Shown here one piece after another: positions 25,254 through 36,015 of a DNA stretch of 64,000 nucleotides. A program made the translations under genes and the position numbers. The notes beneath the pieces are model-generated. The model was not told the origin of the DNA. It was given only the letters and a program-made list of their open reading frames with translations, and did no database searches. The first letter of the stretch is position 1, and the number at the start of each line of letters is the position of its first letter. The stretch is from Curvularia clavata (lineage: Eukaryota): contig CP089275.1 in NCBI GenBank assembly GCA_023920165.1, positions 2,852,001 through 2,916,000 on the forward strand, given 5' to 3'.

Positions 25254-27281
25254 ATGACACCTCCAAGCTCAAAAGAAGTAAAGCCAAAAGCCGCGGTTGG
25301 TCGACTCCCTGCCATTAGCGGATGGATCACGGAGTGCAATGCATTCCGTATGCTAGCCGGAGCCTGCATCCAGGGATTCAGGGATCACGGACAGCGGATT
25401 GGCGTGATTAGAGGTACTTTTATGGATATCAAATACGACGAATTTCAAAGTGCTAACTGGGGATCATCAGGGCCGGATTTCAGCGAGCTCGATGGAGGAC
25501 TCATCTTCGATCCGCCAGAGGGATTCCCCATGAACATGGACCCTTCTGCTGTATGGACTTGGGTCAATGAGCATCAGCAAGAGCAGAATCTGCAAACCGT
25601 ACCAATTGACATCAAGCTCAACATCACCGCTCGACAACGTCACCAAATTGCACCCTTGTTTATAGTCGCGCCACCTGGAAATACCAAAATCCTGTGCTTG
25701 CTACCCATCAGGAGCTACACAGACCTATACGCAAATGTCAGATTGGCATACCAGGACTCGTGGGGTGCTGATAAAGACAAGTCGACCAAAACGCATCGAT
25801 TGCGGCCGCGTGAGCCTCTGCACGTCAGCAATATCTTGGCGCCATTTGCGGTACATGAGTGCGACCTCTTTGAAGCACTGCTGAGACTTCGAAATGCGTT
25901 CAACGGAAAATCTCCTTATACCAATCCCTCTAACGGCGTCACATTACGAGGTTGGACGCCGCAAGCACCTGATCCCAACCTTGAAAAGTTGATGATGATA
26001 CAGGGGGAAACGCAAAAGTATTCGGCTGGTATCATCCAAAAGCTGGCTCAGACTCTTCGCTCTCGGACAGAGTGTGATATGGAGCTCTTGTTCAATCTCG
26101 TACAACCCTTGGCATGCGACCTAGTGCTTCGGGACAACGCGTCGTCTACAACGTATCTCATCGAGCACAAGGTGAATGCACTTAGAGAATTTTATTCTGA
26201 CAATGTCTCTCTAAGCCTAAAGCCCGAATGGGCAAAAGAGGAGCATAATTGGCATTTTCTTCTTCACCAATATGGCGATTGGGTCACGATTCACACAAGG
26301 GGAGGACACAAAGCTGGAAGTAATACGCCAGCAGTTCGTGTCAATCTCAAGAGCCCTGGTGCACTATCTACGATTGCTACCACGATACGCCGCCACGGAG
26401 TTTTGGCCAAACAGAGACTTCGAGCCAAGTGGCGATCCTTGGATGTGTACGAGGACAGCCTGTTGGATGAAGAGAGTCAGCCAACAGAGCCAAAGAAGAG
26501 CCAGAGTCAATCCTTGAGGGCAGCCGGGAATGAAATGTTCCGTATAGCATTTTGCGATGCCATCAACAACCAATGTTTCAAGCTAGGAAAACACGCTTGC
26601 ATTCTTCTAGAGGGCAATGCTTGTGGAGACGCAGCAATGATCCGACACGACTGGACAGAGCGCGATCAATCTAGATACAGATCTAGTAGAATCCTGCCAG
26701 TCTCTCTTGTGGATGGTGCGAAATCAGGATCTTCAGAGGCGCTTATGCTAAGATTCATTCCCCACTTCTGGACTCCGGGTACATCGTCTTCGCGAATATT
26801 CGATCCTGCACGCATTAGGATGATCAAGGTACCGCCGTGTCTCGGCCAGGCCTTCGTTTATGTTGCTGCGACAATGAGCTCTCCATCTGCACATCAAGAG
26901 CCTTTTCTTGACAAGGTCATCCTCTTGCCTTCAGGAGATACAGATTGGTTAGCCAAATTCGATGGCTGCAGCACCTGTGATGATGAATCGGAAACGAGAG
27001 ATTGGAAGCCGACCGTTGAGTCAGTTTGCGAAAGTCAGGGTGGGGGTAAGCCTGGGAGCTCGCTCATACAGCTTCCCTTTTTGAACCAGCATGCGCAGCC
27101 ACTCCATCAAGTTTACGATTTCGACGATGGCTCAGTACATGGTCGTCTCGATACCCTTTTGTGTGAGGAAGGCTCACCATATGTCAGCCAAATCTATGGG
27201 CCAAATGGGTTGCTTCAACGGCAATGGAACCACGGCAGTCCGAGAGTACGTAACACCGACTCTCCTGAAATTCGCAAGTAA
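25254..27281 (+). CDS. Island paralog C: 675 aa protein with tandem PD-(D/E)XK-like motifs
   Basis: Single ORF. Motifs SGWITECN / ELDG / PIDIK and QPLACDL / YLIEHK. The block EALLRLRNAFNGKSPYTNP...VTLRGWTP matches EALARIQRCAQGQGAYSNP...VTFHDWIP in paralog A. Confidence 0.75.
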   Translation: MTPPSSKEVKPKAAVGRLPAISGWITECNAFRMLAGACIQGFRDHGQRIGVIRGTFMDIKYDEFQSANWGSSGPDFSELDGGLIFDPPEGFPMNMDPSAVWTWVNEHQQEQNLQTVPIDIKLNITARQRHQIAPLFIVAPPGNTKILCLLPIRSYTDLYANVRLAYQDSWGADKDKSTKTHRLRPREPLHVSNILAPFAVHECDLFEALLRLRNAFNGKSPYTNPSNGVTLRGWTPQAPDPNLEKLMMIQGETQKYSAGIIQKLAQTLRSRTECDMELLFNLVQPLACDLVLRDNASSTTYLIEHKVNALREFYSDNVSLSLKPEWAKEEHNWHFLLHQYGDWVTIHTRGGHKAGSNTPAVRVNLKSPGALSTIATTIRRHGVLAKQRLRAKWRSLDVYEDSLLDEESQPTEPKKSQSQSLRAAGNEMFRIAFCDAINNQCFKLGKHACILLEGNACGDAAMIRHDWTERDQSRYRSSRILPVSLVDGAKSGSSEALMLRFIPHFWTPGTSSSRIFDPARIRMIKVPPCLGQAFVYVAATMSSPSAHQEPFLDKVILLPSGDTDWLAKFDGCSTCDDESETRDWKPTVESVCESQGGGKPGSSLIQLPFLNQHAQPLHQVYDFDDGSVHGRLDTLLCEEGSPYVSQIYGPNGLLQRQWNHGSPRVRNTDSPEIRK

Positions 27282-27342
27282 GTAATCTGAGTGCGGTTGC
27301 TATGATCTCGCATAGCGCTGTTTATTTTACATCGGCCCTGAC

Positions 27343-28017
27343 ATGTACAGCATAATGCGTCGAGTTTTGATGACCCTTCCGCCAAACACACTGCCAATGG
27401 CCAGCAATCGCATTGAGAAAATACTCGATGAAAAGCAAAAGGACGTCATGAAAGAAAAGAGTTGTTCGAAATCTACCGCAAGACCTACGGCCCACTGGGC
27501 CTTGATCTCAGATGATACCTACGGGATGTCATTGCGGAATATCATGGCATTGTCTGGTTTTGCAACGAGCTACACACTGCGCTGCGACCACTGCCAAAAC
27601 GAAGAAGAGTGCCGTTTCTTCCTCCCGGAGATTCTGTACAACTTCAATTCTAGAACTATCTCTTGCGCGCCTTGCTGGATTAAGCAAAAAAAGGTCTGCA
27701 CGTTTCAAGGGATTGCAAATACCCCAGAGCTCGTGGATGAGATTCGTAGCTTTGAATGGTACAGGCACCATGTACCTTGCAACCAGTACTACTCTGATGA
27801 GAAGCAGTGCGACAACCGAGCTGATCTTTGCGAGCGGTATGAGGCTAGTGGTAAGGAATGCGTACGAGAAGCTTGCAAGAATGGGAGCGAGTCCCGCGAC
27901 GACTCGAGTTGTCCCAAGGCCTGCGACAAGGCTCATGAAGATGACGGATATACAAACGTCACTACGATTCCAAGAGGTAAAGGATGCAATGCACGTCTCC
28001 GACTGAAAAGTTCATAA
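27343..28017 (+). CDS. Cys-rich protein with two Zn(II)2Cys6-like clusters, the second degenerate
   Basis: CDHC-x5-C...CAPC-x7-C, then C-x2-Y-x6-C-x6-C-x2-Y-x6-C, plus a further C/H cluster. Confidence 0.6.
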   Translation: MYSIMRRVLMTLPPNTLPMASNRIEKILDEKQKDVMKEKSCSKSTARPTAHWALISDDTYGMSLRNIMALSGFATSYTLRCDHCQNEEECRFFLPEILYNFNSRTISCAPCWIKQKKVCTFQGIANTPELVDEIRSFEWYRHHVPCNQYYSDEKQCDNRADLCERYEASGKECVREACKNGSESRDDSSCPKACDKAHEDDGYTNVTTIPRGKGCNARLRLKSS

Positions 28018-28368
28018 ACACGCTGAGCTGTATCGTAAATGTCATCAGCTCCTGTAGACGTAAGAGGGTAGTGAAGGGGCTTTTTGGGCCTAATCGTTCG
28101 CCTTTATCCGCACTTTGACGACCTTCTCTGGCAGTTTTGGTCCTCTTTCGAGGCGGGTTTTCGATGGTGTCGGGAATGAATTTGGAAACAAGAGCTGCCA
28201 AGACAGCTTTGCAGTCAGGCGGTAGAGATTGCGCGGAGTTTTCCTCAAGCGCCGTGATAAACTAACGTGTTAACATAACGCCAAGTAGATTAGCATTCAT
28301 TGACATACTAGAACGTCTCGAAGCAATGCCTGAAATTTTTCCAGTGCCCTAAGCGGCTCGGTCGCCAT
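27962..28368 (-). CDS. Small hypothetical two-exon protein with NLS-like PPRKRTK
   Basis: ATG at 28368; a GTATGT...TTAG intron (28262-28308) joins in frame to ORF 27962-28201. It overlaps the 3' end of the Zn-cluster ORF. Confidence 0.35.
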
Positions 28369-28759
28369 GTTGGAAGCAAGGCGTCTGAGATGAGGGCTAA
28401 CAGTCCCTCAAGACGGAATTTGTATCATTGCACCCGCAACTGGTTGTAACGAGGTGTCTCAAACACACAAGTCCATGTATAGCTCACAAGACATGTTTGT
28501 TTAGCCATATTTCCGTTTGAGTGGCTGATGAATGTATGGTAGGGGATGTCTTGCCCCACTGTTTCACTCGCTGAAACATCTTTGTCCAGTCATTAGGCCG
28601 TCTGAACCTGTGCGATATAGAAGCGAGTGCCTCGTCTTTTTCTCAGTTCTTTTGCTTTTCCAAAGGCTTCCTCGCCGGCGTTGCATCACCCATTACTGAA
28701 CCAACATCACACACATTTGTTTCAAACGCGTTGTCAAAACTTCTTCTCGGCTTTCTACT

Positions 28760-30841
28760 ATGCCCGAATACAAAGATTCAGAGGCAGCAACCAATGCGAA
28801 AGAATTGCAAAAAGAATCTTTAGCAGCTATTCCGCACCGAAGCGAAACTTGGCAAGAGATGCGAGATCGCATACATCGGCGCTATCATGACCCACTCGTC
28901 AACCCTCGCAATACCAAGTCCTATGGTGGATTCTTTCGAGCTTTGGCAGGAGAGATTTTATCATATGCTCTTGTTTATCTGCTTGTTCCTTGGGCTATAG
29001 ATGAGCTGCTCCTCCGGTTCATTGAAACGACTGACTGTTTGTCGCTCGGAGCGATTGCTTGGGTCAAGGTATTTCGCTATTGGGCACCATACGTTGTTGC
29101 CTTGAAGGCCATGATGGGATTCGCACACAGAATCTTCCAAGGGTAAATACTCTCACATTTCTCAAGTGGTGAACTTGTTCCTGTATTTTACCACCTAGCT
29201 ATATAACGTATCATGAAAGCAATTTACTGACATTGACTTGTTAGAATACCCGATCCGTCCGTGAAACGTGTTCAAGGCACCCTTGGTATCGCGCATCATT
29301 TCGTATATGCCGTGATGACACATGGTCATCAACGTTTGTCTAGAGATGATACAAATGGAGACTTGGATCTAAAGTCTGTCCATAAGGCTTCGGCCAACTA
29401 TGAAATGCAGGTTACGACAGGATTCCAGGAAACAACGGCAATCATCGAAACAAGCGGCAATCTAGAAGCAACTCCATCCCCTATAGGTGGACTAGAGGAC
29501 TTTCCATCTAAAAGTCAGTGCTCAGAATTTGCGGCTCAAGACTGCGTCTTGGGCCACACCGTTACATCGCTATCGACCTGCCACACAAAGGACATTTCCG
29601 TTCTCGCACCAACAAATACCGGTGAGAGTAATGTGATATTCGAGACTGATCAACAATGCGACACGATTGAATGCTCAACTGCAATAGCTCATGATCAGGA
29701 ACACAAGCAGTGCTTAGAGGGGCTAGATGCTACCAAGATTGTCTTATTACCTTTAGATCAGCAGCCTCGTGCAACGCCCGCTCCAACACCGCCCAGCTCC
29801 CCAAAACTTGCTTCAAGCATTGCAGCATGCTGGAAAGAACAGCGACCACCAATGATAGTTGCCGTGCCGCGAATCAATTATATTGCGTGTACAGCCAATG
29901 ACCCGCCAGGAAGGACTTTTGACAGATCCCAGAAACTAGTGACGGTCGGACACAGCACTATAAAGATATGCCAACCGTCTCACTCCAACCAAGTCGTTAG
30001 AGAGTTTCAGTTCCCGCATGTCTTTGATCCTCTGGCAACAAATGACGATGTTTGTTTTTTCGTACGAGAAGCGATTGAGAGAGTTGTATCACACGGAACC
30101 CGATTTAGTATCCTGGCTGATGGCTATTCGGGGACGGGTAAATCGCATACGCTGTTTGAAAGTAACAACTCTATTGCTCGCTTTACTGGAGACATTCTCT
30201 TTACAAAAATGAAACTCGACGAGATTTGGTTTTCAGCGACAGAGGTAGTACACAGTAAAACCCGCGGTATCTACACCAAACCTACGAATCTTGCACTTGC
30301 AAAACCATTCGCTCTTGGGCCTGTAAAGAGAACAATACTGGCTTTCAAAGCAGGTACAGAGGCGTACTCGGTATCTTCCGCCACCCAGCTCCAGACCCTG
30401 ATCGACTACGTTGTGCAGGGTCGGGAAACGTATCCTACCGCATCCAATCAAAATTCGTCAAGGAGCCATCTTATTTGCCATATGCTTGTTCCAGTAGACA
30501 ACAGATATGGTATGATTACACTAGTTGATCTTGCAGGTGCTGAAGATGCCTCTGTTACTGAAGAGGGAAGTATCAGTCATCTTATCAATCAAGGACGATC
30601 AGAGTTCAATACACAGCTCCTCGGCTATGCCAGAAATCCGACCAAGGCGGTTTTTCGTACCGGAGAACTAGCCAAAGCATTGCGTACGGCGTTTCCTCTA
30701 CGCCCTCTAGACACCCCGGCCATGGTCTATCTCCCCCATATTAATCAGGCACAAAGCACAAAGTGTTGTTCGCAACCGCGTCTTGATATGGCGAGGAAGA
30801 TTATGCTCGCTCAAGAGGGTGCCGAAAAGAGGCGCAACTAG
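28760..30841 (+). CDS. Divergent kinesin: N-terminal hydrophobic segments, low-complexity linker, C-terminal motor domain (~659 aa)
   Basis: Intron 29143-29244 joins ORF 28760-29146 to ORF 29261-30841 in frame. Kinesin motifs FQFPHVF, P-loop GYSGTGKS, switch I NQNSSRSH and switch II LVDLAGAE. Confidence 0.8.
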
Positions 30842-31009
30842 GGAAAAGTTGCTATCGTTGAAAGGCGGTTCAAACCGGGTTTCAGTTAAGCACTGCAAAA
30901 GCACATGTAAATGGCAGAAGAAAGCGTTGGAGAACATTTCTTGTCCAGAAAATGTAGGCTACTTGAAAGCTCGGATGGAAACGCATTCTAAATACATTGT
31001 TCCATCTGC

Positions 31010-31996
31010 TCATCTCATGATGGTTTCTCCATCTTCCCACTGCTTTCGATGCGCTTTGGAGCAGAACCACTGCTGAGCGCTGCGTTCCGGTGTCATGTTT
31101 CTCCAGCGATTGCACTTGATGCCATCCGCCGTGACACCAGTGCAAAACTGGAAGTTGACTTCGTCTCGCTCGCTTTCCATCGCCGACTTTTTCTTTTTCT
31201 TTGCAGCTTTTCCAGACACAGGTAATACAACACCGCCAGCAGACAAACTAGAGCTATTGAGCTGTTCACTCTGCTTATCGCGAGTTTTTTCTTTCAACAA
31301 AGCCAGCTCATGGGGCTCATATAAACCGTTCTCAGCCCTAATCTTCTGGGGTGGGGGCACTGTGCGGCCCTCTTGGGACTTAGTGATGGAATGGCGTGTC
31401 GCCGGTGCGACATTCTCCAGAACAAGTGGTTTCCGTATGACATCGTCGGTAACAACCGCATCCTCGTGTGTTGTGTCGCTGGTTTCAACCACTCCAGGAT
31501 TCTTGTTTAGGCCCGACGTACGCCCCGCTATTTTGCTTGAGCTGGCAACTCCACAGCCTTGGTGTTGCTGATTTCGCGCGGCGGGCAGTGGCTCATGTGC
31601 AGCCGACTTCATATCCTCGTTCGTGTCCTGCAGTCTCTCGTTCGCTAATAGCTTGTCATAGCCTGGACCAAAGACCTGGAGCTTGATGTAGCAAGGCGCC
31701 AGATCCATCTGCATCCACACTATTTCTTGAGCCAACATGAAGTTTTGTATCGCGTTTGACGCGGCGGCGCTGGCCATGACGAATGACTTGCTGAGATTGG
31801 TGACGAGAACTCTGCTGCCTTTTGATTGAGCCAGTCGCTGCGCACGTTCATACACGTTGTATAAAACACCTTCGCTGAGATCGAGACTGTTGGAGATGGC
31901 AAGAGCCACATCGTTGGCGCGTGATGTCTCTCTAAAGTACCATACGACTCCGTAAGCCGTAATGGCTGTCAGACACTGTGCGTAGAGATTCGACAT
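31010..31996 (-). CDS. Hypothetical nuclear protein with a C-terminal C-C-C-H zinc-binding motif (may have an upstream exon)
   Basis: 328 aa ORF with poly-K NLS and FCTGVTADGIKC...WFCSKAH. Confidence 0.6.
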   Translation of the reverse strand: MSNLYAQCLTAITAYGVVWYFRETSRANDVALAISNSLDLSEGVLYNVYERAQRLAQSKGSRVLVTNLSKSFVMASAAASNAIQNFMLAQEIVWMQMDLAPCYIKLQVFGPGYDKLLANERLQDTNEDMKSAAHEPLPAARNQQHQGCGVASSSKIAGRTSGLNKNPGVVETSDTTHEDAVVTDDVIRKPLVLENVAPATRHSITKSQEGRTVPPPQKIRAENGLYEPHELALLKEKTRDKQSEQLNSSSLSAGGVVLPVSGKAAKKKKKSAMESERDEVNFQFCTGVTADGIKCNRWRNMTPERSAQQWFCSKAHRKQWEDGETIMR

Positions 31997-32518
31997 GCTG
32001 AGGTGGCGAGGGCGGTACTTGAGATATCGTTGTAGACTCTAAATGTGTCAGCAATGTATTTGGTCAGAGTGTTATATAGCACTCGCAGCTCACTAGGAAA
32101 CAATTTGGATTGTGGCATATAGCGCAATTACTTCTCAAGTAAAACGAATACATTTTATAGCTATAGAACCTTTTGGCACTTTGATTAGATTGACCTGAAT
32201 GACCAAACTGAAACCGTCTTACATGACTCTGCATGACTCAAATATCTGCAGCCACATTCACATAGTGTACGTCCAGGGCGCAGTCGATTGCCGGGATTCA
32301 CGTCATAGGGCCGTCACAAACGTCCAAGTCTCTCTGATCTGAAAGGAAATGCGAGTTTCTTTTTGATACAATACATGCATGAGTTGTGCCCGCTCAAGTC
32401 GCGTTCCCTAACTACACCTTCCACACGGTTAAAAAAAAACAATACCCATAGTCAACAGCGCTGGCTTCACCAAGACATGTGTTGGGAAGATGTGTAATCA
32501 CGCCGCCAACTAAACCAC

Positions 32519-33220
32519 CTATAGCAAACGAGGAAGCCTCGGAGAAAGAATCATATACCCTATACTCATATTGTCAGACGTACAAGGTACTAGAAAATCA
32601 AGTAATAAACTTACAAAAATCCTTCGAGCAGTCGAAACAACAAGGCATGCAATAAAGACGACTGGATATCCAATCAACCAGAGAAACAGTTTGATCCATG
32701 GAAGAATTGCAGAGAAAACCCCAAACATCAGAAGAGCGAAGATGGTGTCTGCTACAGATGAGTCACAGAGCATGTGGAGATATGCCCGCAGCTGCACACC
32801 TGCCTGGACGGTAGTCTGGCCAATCTGATAGCCTTGCATCAAAACCATCGGGGTTTGGCGCAGGAGATCAATCATGGCTGTGGTGACAGCAGCTGCGTAA
32901 TTAGCCACACTCTTCGGCAAGGCATCCAGAGATCTGAGCAATGCATCCATGGCCTGTTTTGCACTTAGCACAGCTAATTTGAGATCAAAATGAGGATTTG
33001 GATGGCTTACATTGCTATCCGCGATAGCAGCCCACATGGCCCTGGTAGTAGGACTGATGCTTGGCTGTGGAAGGCGCTCTAGCCAAGCCATTGCATCATC
33101 TGTCAGGTCGAGATGATCGTCCATGTATTGTAAGATGCTGCCTTTGGAGTGCTCCAAGGCAAGTACGAGGGCAAGGGATCCCGTAAAGGTCATGAAGACA
33201 GTGACCATTGTTGAAGGCAT
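32519..33220 (-). CDS. Hypothetical membrane protein (signal-like N-terminus, C-terminal hydrophobic helices)
   Basis: 233 aa ORF with hydrophobic stretches at both ends. Confidence 0.55.
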   Translation of the reverse strand: MPSTMVTVFMTFTGSLALVLALEHSKGSILQYMDDHLDLTDDAMAWLERLPQPSISPTTRAMWAAIADSNVSHPNPHFDLKLAVLSAKQAMDALLRSLDALPKSVANYAAAVTTAMIDLLRQTPMVLMQGYQIGQTTVQAGVQLRAYLHMLCDSSVADTIFALLMFGVFSAILPWIKLFLWLIGYPVVFIACLVVSTARRIFVSLLLDFLVPCTSDNMSIGYMILSPRLPRLL

Positions 33221-33731
33221 GTCGACGAATGCTGATAGGAGTTGGATGGAATGTCGGATTCTCTATGGGCTGGAAATTGATGGAAAATGGTGCTGTATGC
33301 CAAGAATCCAACTAAAGTATTACTGGAAATACAAAGAGAAACGTGTGTAGAGTGCAAGGAGTATGCATAACTTGGATAAATAACTATTCTCACTATACGT
33401 TTACAGCTAGTGAAGCATAATGTCTTGCACGCAAACAAAAGGGGCTAACATCTGCAGGTCTCATATTCTATGCCGACAGCCACTATCACTACGTGTGAGA
33501 TCGCCTTGTTTCGCTGCTAGTAGCCGCTTCAGCACAGCCCAAGTAACAAACCCAAAAAAGCGTGCGATGAATGAGCCATTGACTGCGGCTAACAAGGCCA
33601 AGTCCCACGCAATGACTGTAGTATCCAGGTGTCAGTTAGCTTTGTCCGTGCTACAAGAGTAGTAGAAACTTACACGCATGTGTCTCATGCACTGCCTGCT
33701 GTGCAGACGATGGGCAGTGTCTCAGCACGAC

Positions 33732-34148
33732 TCAGTACCTTGCGTTGTCCGCGCTTCGACCGCGCCCCACGTCAGATTGGGCCACAGAATCAGCGCCTCC
33801 TTTGGAAACCTCTTGGTGATTTGAGGGGACTTTGACGAATGCAACAATGGCTTCTTTCCATTGGTAGATCCATATCTGGAGGTTTCGCAACGGATCGAGC
33901 TCTTCGCGTGTGTCGGCAATCGCTGGGCCCGGATCGTCGCCCAAGTCTCGTGCATCTGCCTCTTTGACAAATTCCACAGCAATGTCATGGAGTATCTGGA
34001 ACTTGGCGCGAAGCGTCTCGTAATCGTTTCTGAGCTTTGCCGCCTCTGCGTGGAGTAATTCTGTCTGATTTGCTGGTTCCGCATCTGTCCACCCTGGGCG
34101 CACGGAACTGGGCGTCCATTGCGCTTCGTCGTTCTCAGACATTGTCAC
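33732..34148 (-). CDS. Hypothetical coiled-coil protein (possibly with further 3' exons to about 33460)
   Basis: 138 aa ORF with heptad-like LLHAEAAKLRNDYETLRAKFQIL; splice-like signals downstream. Confidence 0.45.
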   Translation of the reverse strand: MTMSENDEAQWTPSSVRPGWTDAEPANQTELLHAEAAKLRNDYETLRAKFQILHDIAVEFVKEADARDLGDDPGPAIADTREELDPLRNLQIWIYQWKEAIVAFVKVPSNHQEVSKGGADSVAQSDVGRGRSADNARY

Positions 34149-34324
34149 AATTGGCTTGTTATTCGAATCAAGGGAAATTACACGGTTTTCTGGATGAATC
34201 GAGAGAGGCGAGATCTTAAATCCCTGAATTGCTACATAGCGTCAGCATCCAGGCTAGGGTGCATCTCTGTATAGCAGGGTTCTCAAAATCGCTTGTTACA
34301 CTACATCTATCGAACGTCACATCC

Positions 34325-35485
34325 ATGCCTGCACCGCATCCAGATGAGATTCGGAGAAGGCTTCAAGCTGCGAGGGCGCTTGACCACAGGCCCAGTGCCG
34401 TGCGATCGGCCCTATCCGAGCACCGCCGTCACATTCTAGCAAGAAGCGAAGATATCGGTATCCCAACCAAGATGTTTGAACAGACACTCACTCCAGTTGA
34501 CAGCCCGTCTATTAAACTTGACCCCTACCGAGCCACTCATACTTCTCTCCAAGCAACAAATGTGTCTGTGGATCCCGGCTCCCTTCAGTACCCGTTACTT
34601 CCCAAAAGCCTGCAGCAAGAACTCGCCCTGCCAGAAGCCGATGGCCCTGGTAAACTTTCCAGCCCGCCACAGCTAGGTCACGTCTCATCCGATCATCCTA
34701 GGCATCTTTCCATTAGATCCCTAATCACAATTGTCACAGCTCTTATTCTTTGTACACTTTACTCGACTACACGCTTCCAAAAGTCTACTACGATCCCGGA
34801 TAGTTGGAAGGCTGAGCGTCTGGAAGGGTACATCAATGCTGTTACGGAAATTGATGTGCATACCCTTGGTGTGGACATTATGGGCCTAGTTCAAATTGCC
34901 AACAGTTCAATTGCACGCGCGGCTAGATCCGAACATGACGCTGCATTACACCTGCACTCTAGCCTCATACGCCCACTTCAGAAAGCGGACCCCCATAGAG
35001 GTCAGCTTAGAGCGCTCATGCTACTCGCAGAGCACCTACAAGAGTTGGATAGACGCGTCAACGTTACGGTTGAGACGCTGGATGCTACAAAAGTACTCGT
35101 AGATGACGCGCTAAATGTCACCCAGAAGCGCTATGACGAGCAAGTTACTTCACGATTACTATATGTGCGCGAAGCTGCCAACCCTAGAAAGGCTTCACCC
35201 GTACTGCAACGAACTGAACAAAATCTGGAGGTATATGCAATGCGCATTGCTGAGCTTGCAAACGGGACTAGGTCAATAAGTGCATTAAGCGGAATCATTC
35301 ATGACTCTAGTAGGGAGTGGAAACAATACCAACAAGAGTTGCAATGGATGTATGCGGCTGTTTGTGCGTGGCGGGAAGCTGAAAGGCTTGCGACGATGCA
35401 GGAGTACCGTGAATTAGTGAGGCGCTTTTGTACTAGTGCATTGAACGTACTAGGCGCTTTTGATGTTCCTTTGTGTAGATCCTGA
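34325..35485 (+). CDS. Hypothetical single-pass membrane protein with long C-terminal coiled-coil region
   Basis: ATG at 34325 (MPAPHPDEIRR). One hydrophobic helix, LITIVTALILCTLY, followed by a helical region. Confidence 0.65.
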   Translation: MPAPHPDEIRRRLQAARALDHRPSAVRSALSEHRRHILARSEDIGIPTKMFEQTLTPVDSPSIKLDPYRATHTSLQATNVSVDPGSLQYPLLPKSLQQELALPEADGPGKLSSPPQLGHVSSDHPRHLSIRSLITIVTALILCTLYSTTRFQKSTTIPDSWKAERLEGYINAVTEIDVHTLGVDIMGLVQIANSSIARAARSEHDAALHLHSSLIRPLQKADPHRGQLRALMLLAEHLQELDRRVNVTVETLDATKVLVDDALNVTQKRYDEQVTSRLLYVREAANPRKASPVLQRTEQNLEVYAMRIAELANGTRSISALSGIIHDSSREWKQYQQELQWMYAAVCAWREAERLATMQEYRELVRRFCTSALNVLGAFDVPLCRS

Positions 35486-36015
35486 TCAGGCTTTGGGCGA
35501 TTGAACGTAGATTCTTACAACTATAGATGATGTTAATGAGGAACTACTAAAAAGATATTTTAAAAGCCAAGTGATGAGAAAAACATGATTGATAAAGTAG
35601 CTGCATAAACAGAGAACGAGAGTGCACAGCAGGGCATGTGCGCGAAACAACATAATGTTCGTCGTGCGACCTAAAAATTACAATCACCAACGAGATGAGC
35701 AAGTCGGCATACTGAGGATTGTGGCTTTCACCACACGGATATGCAACATTAGCATACAGACAATCAACACGTTCATGTATCAGCAGACCCACTTGGATGC
35801 AGCGTGCTCTCACCAAGCACTCATGTCACCAACACACAAACTCACATGTTGTGGACATGGTCAAACATGGAGCAAGGTCTTTGTGTCTAGAAGACGTAGA
35901 ATATTCTCGGTATCTGTTCGCGTCTTGATTTAGGCTCTTGTTATACCTTATAATATGCCTCTTCTCCTGCTTTTCATGTTACTTTGATAACATCAGCGAT
36001 CAAGGACAACCAACC

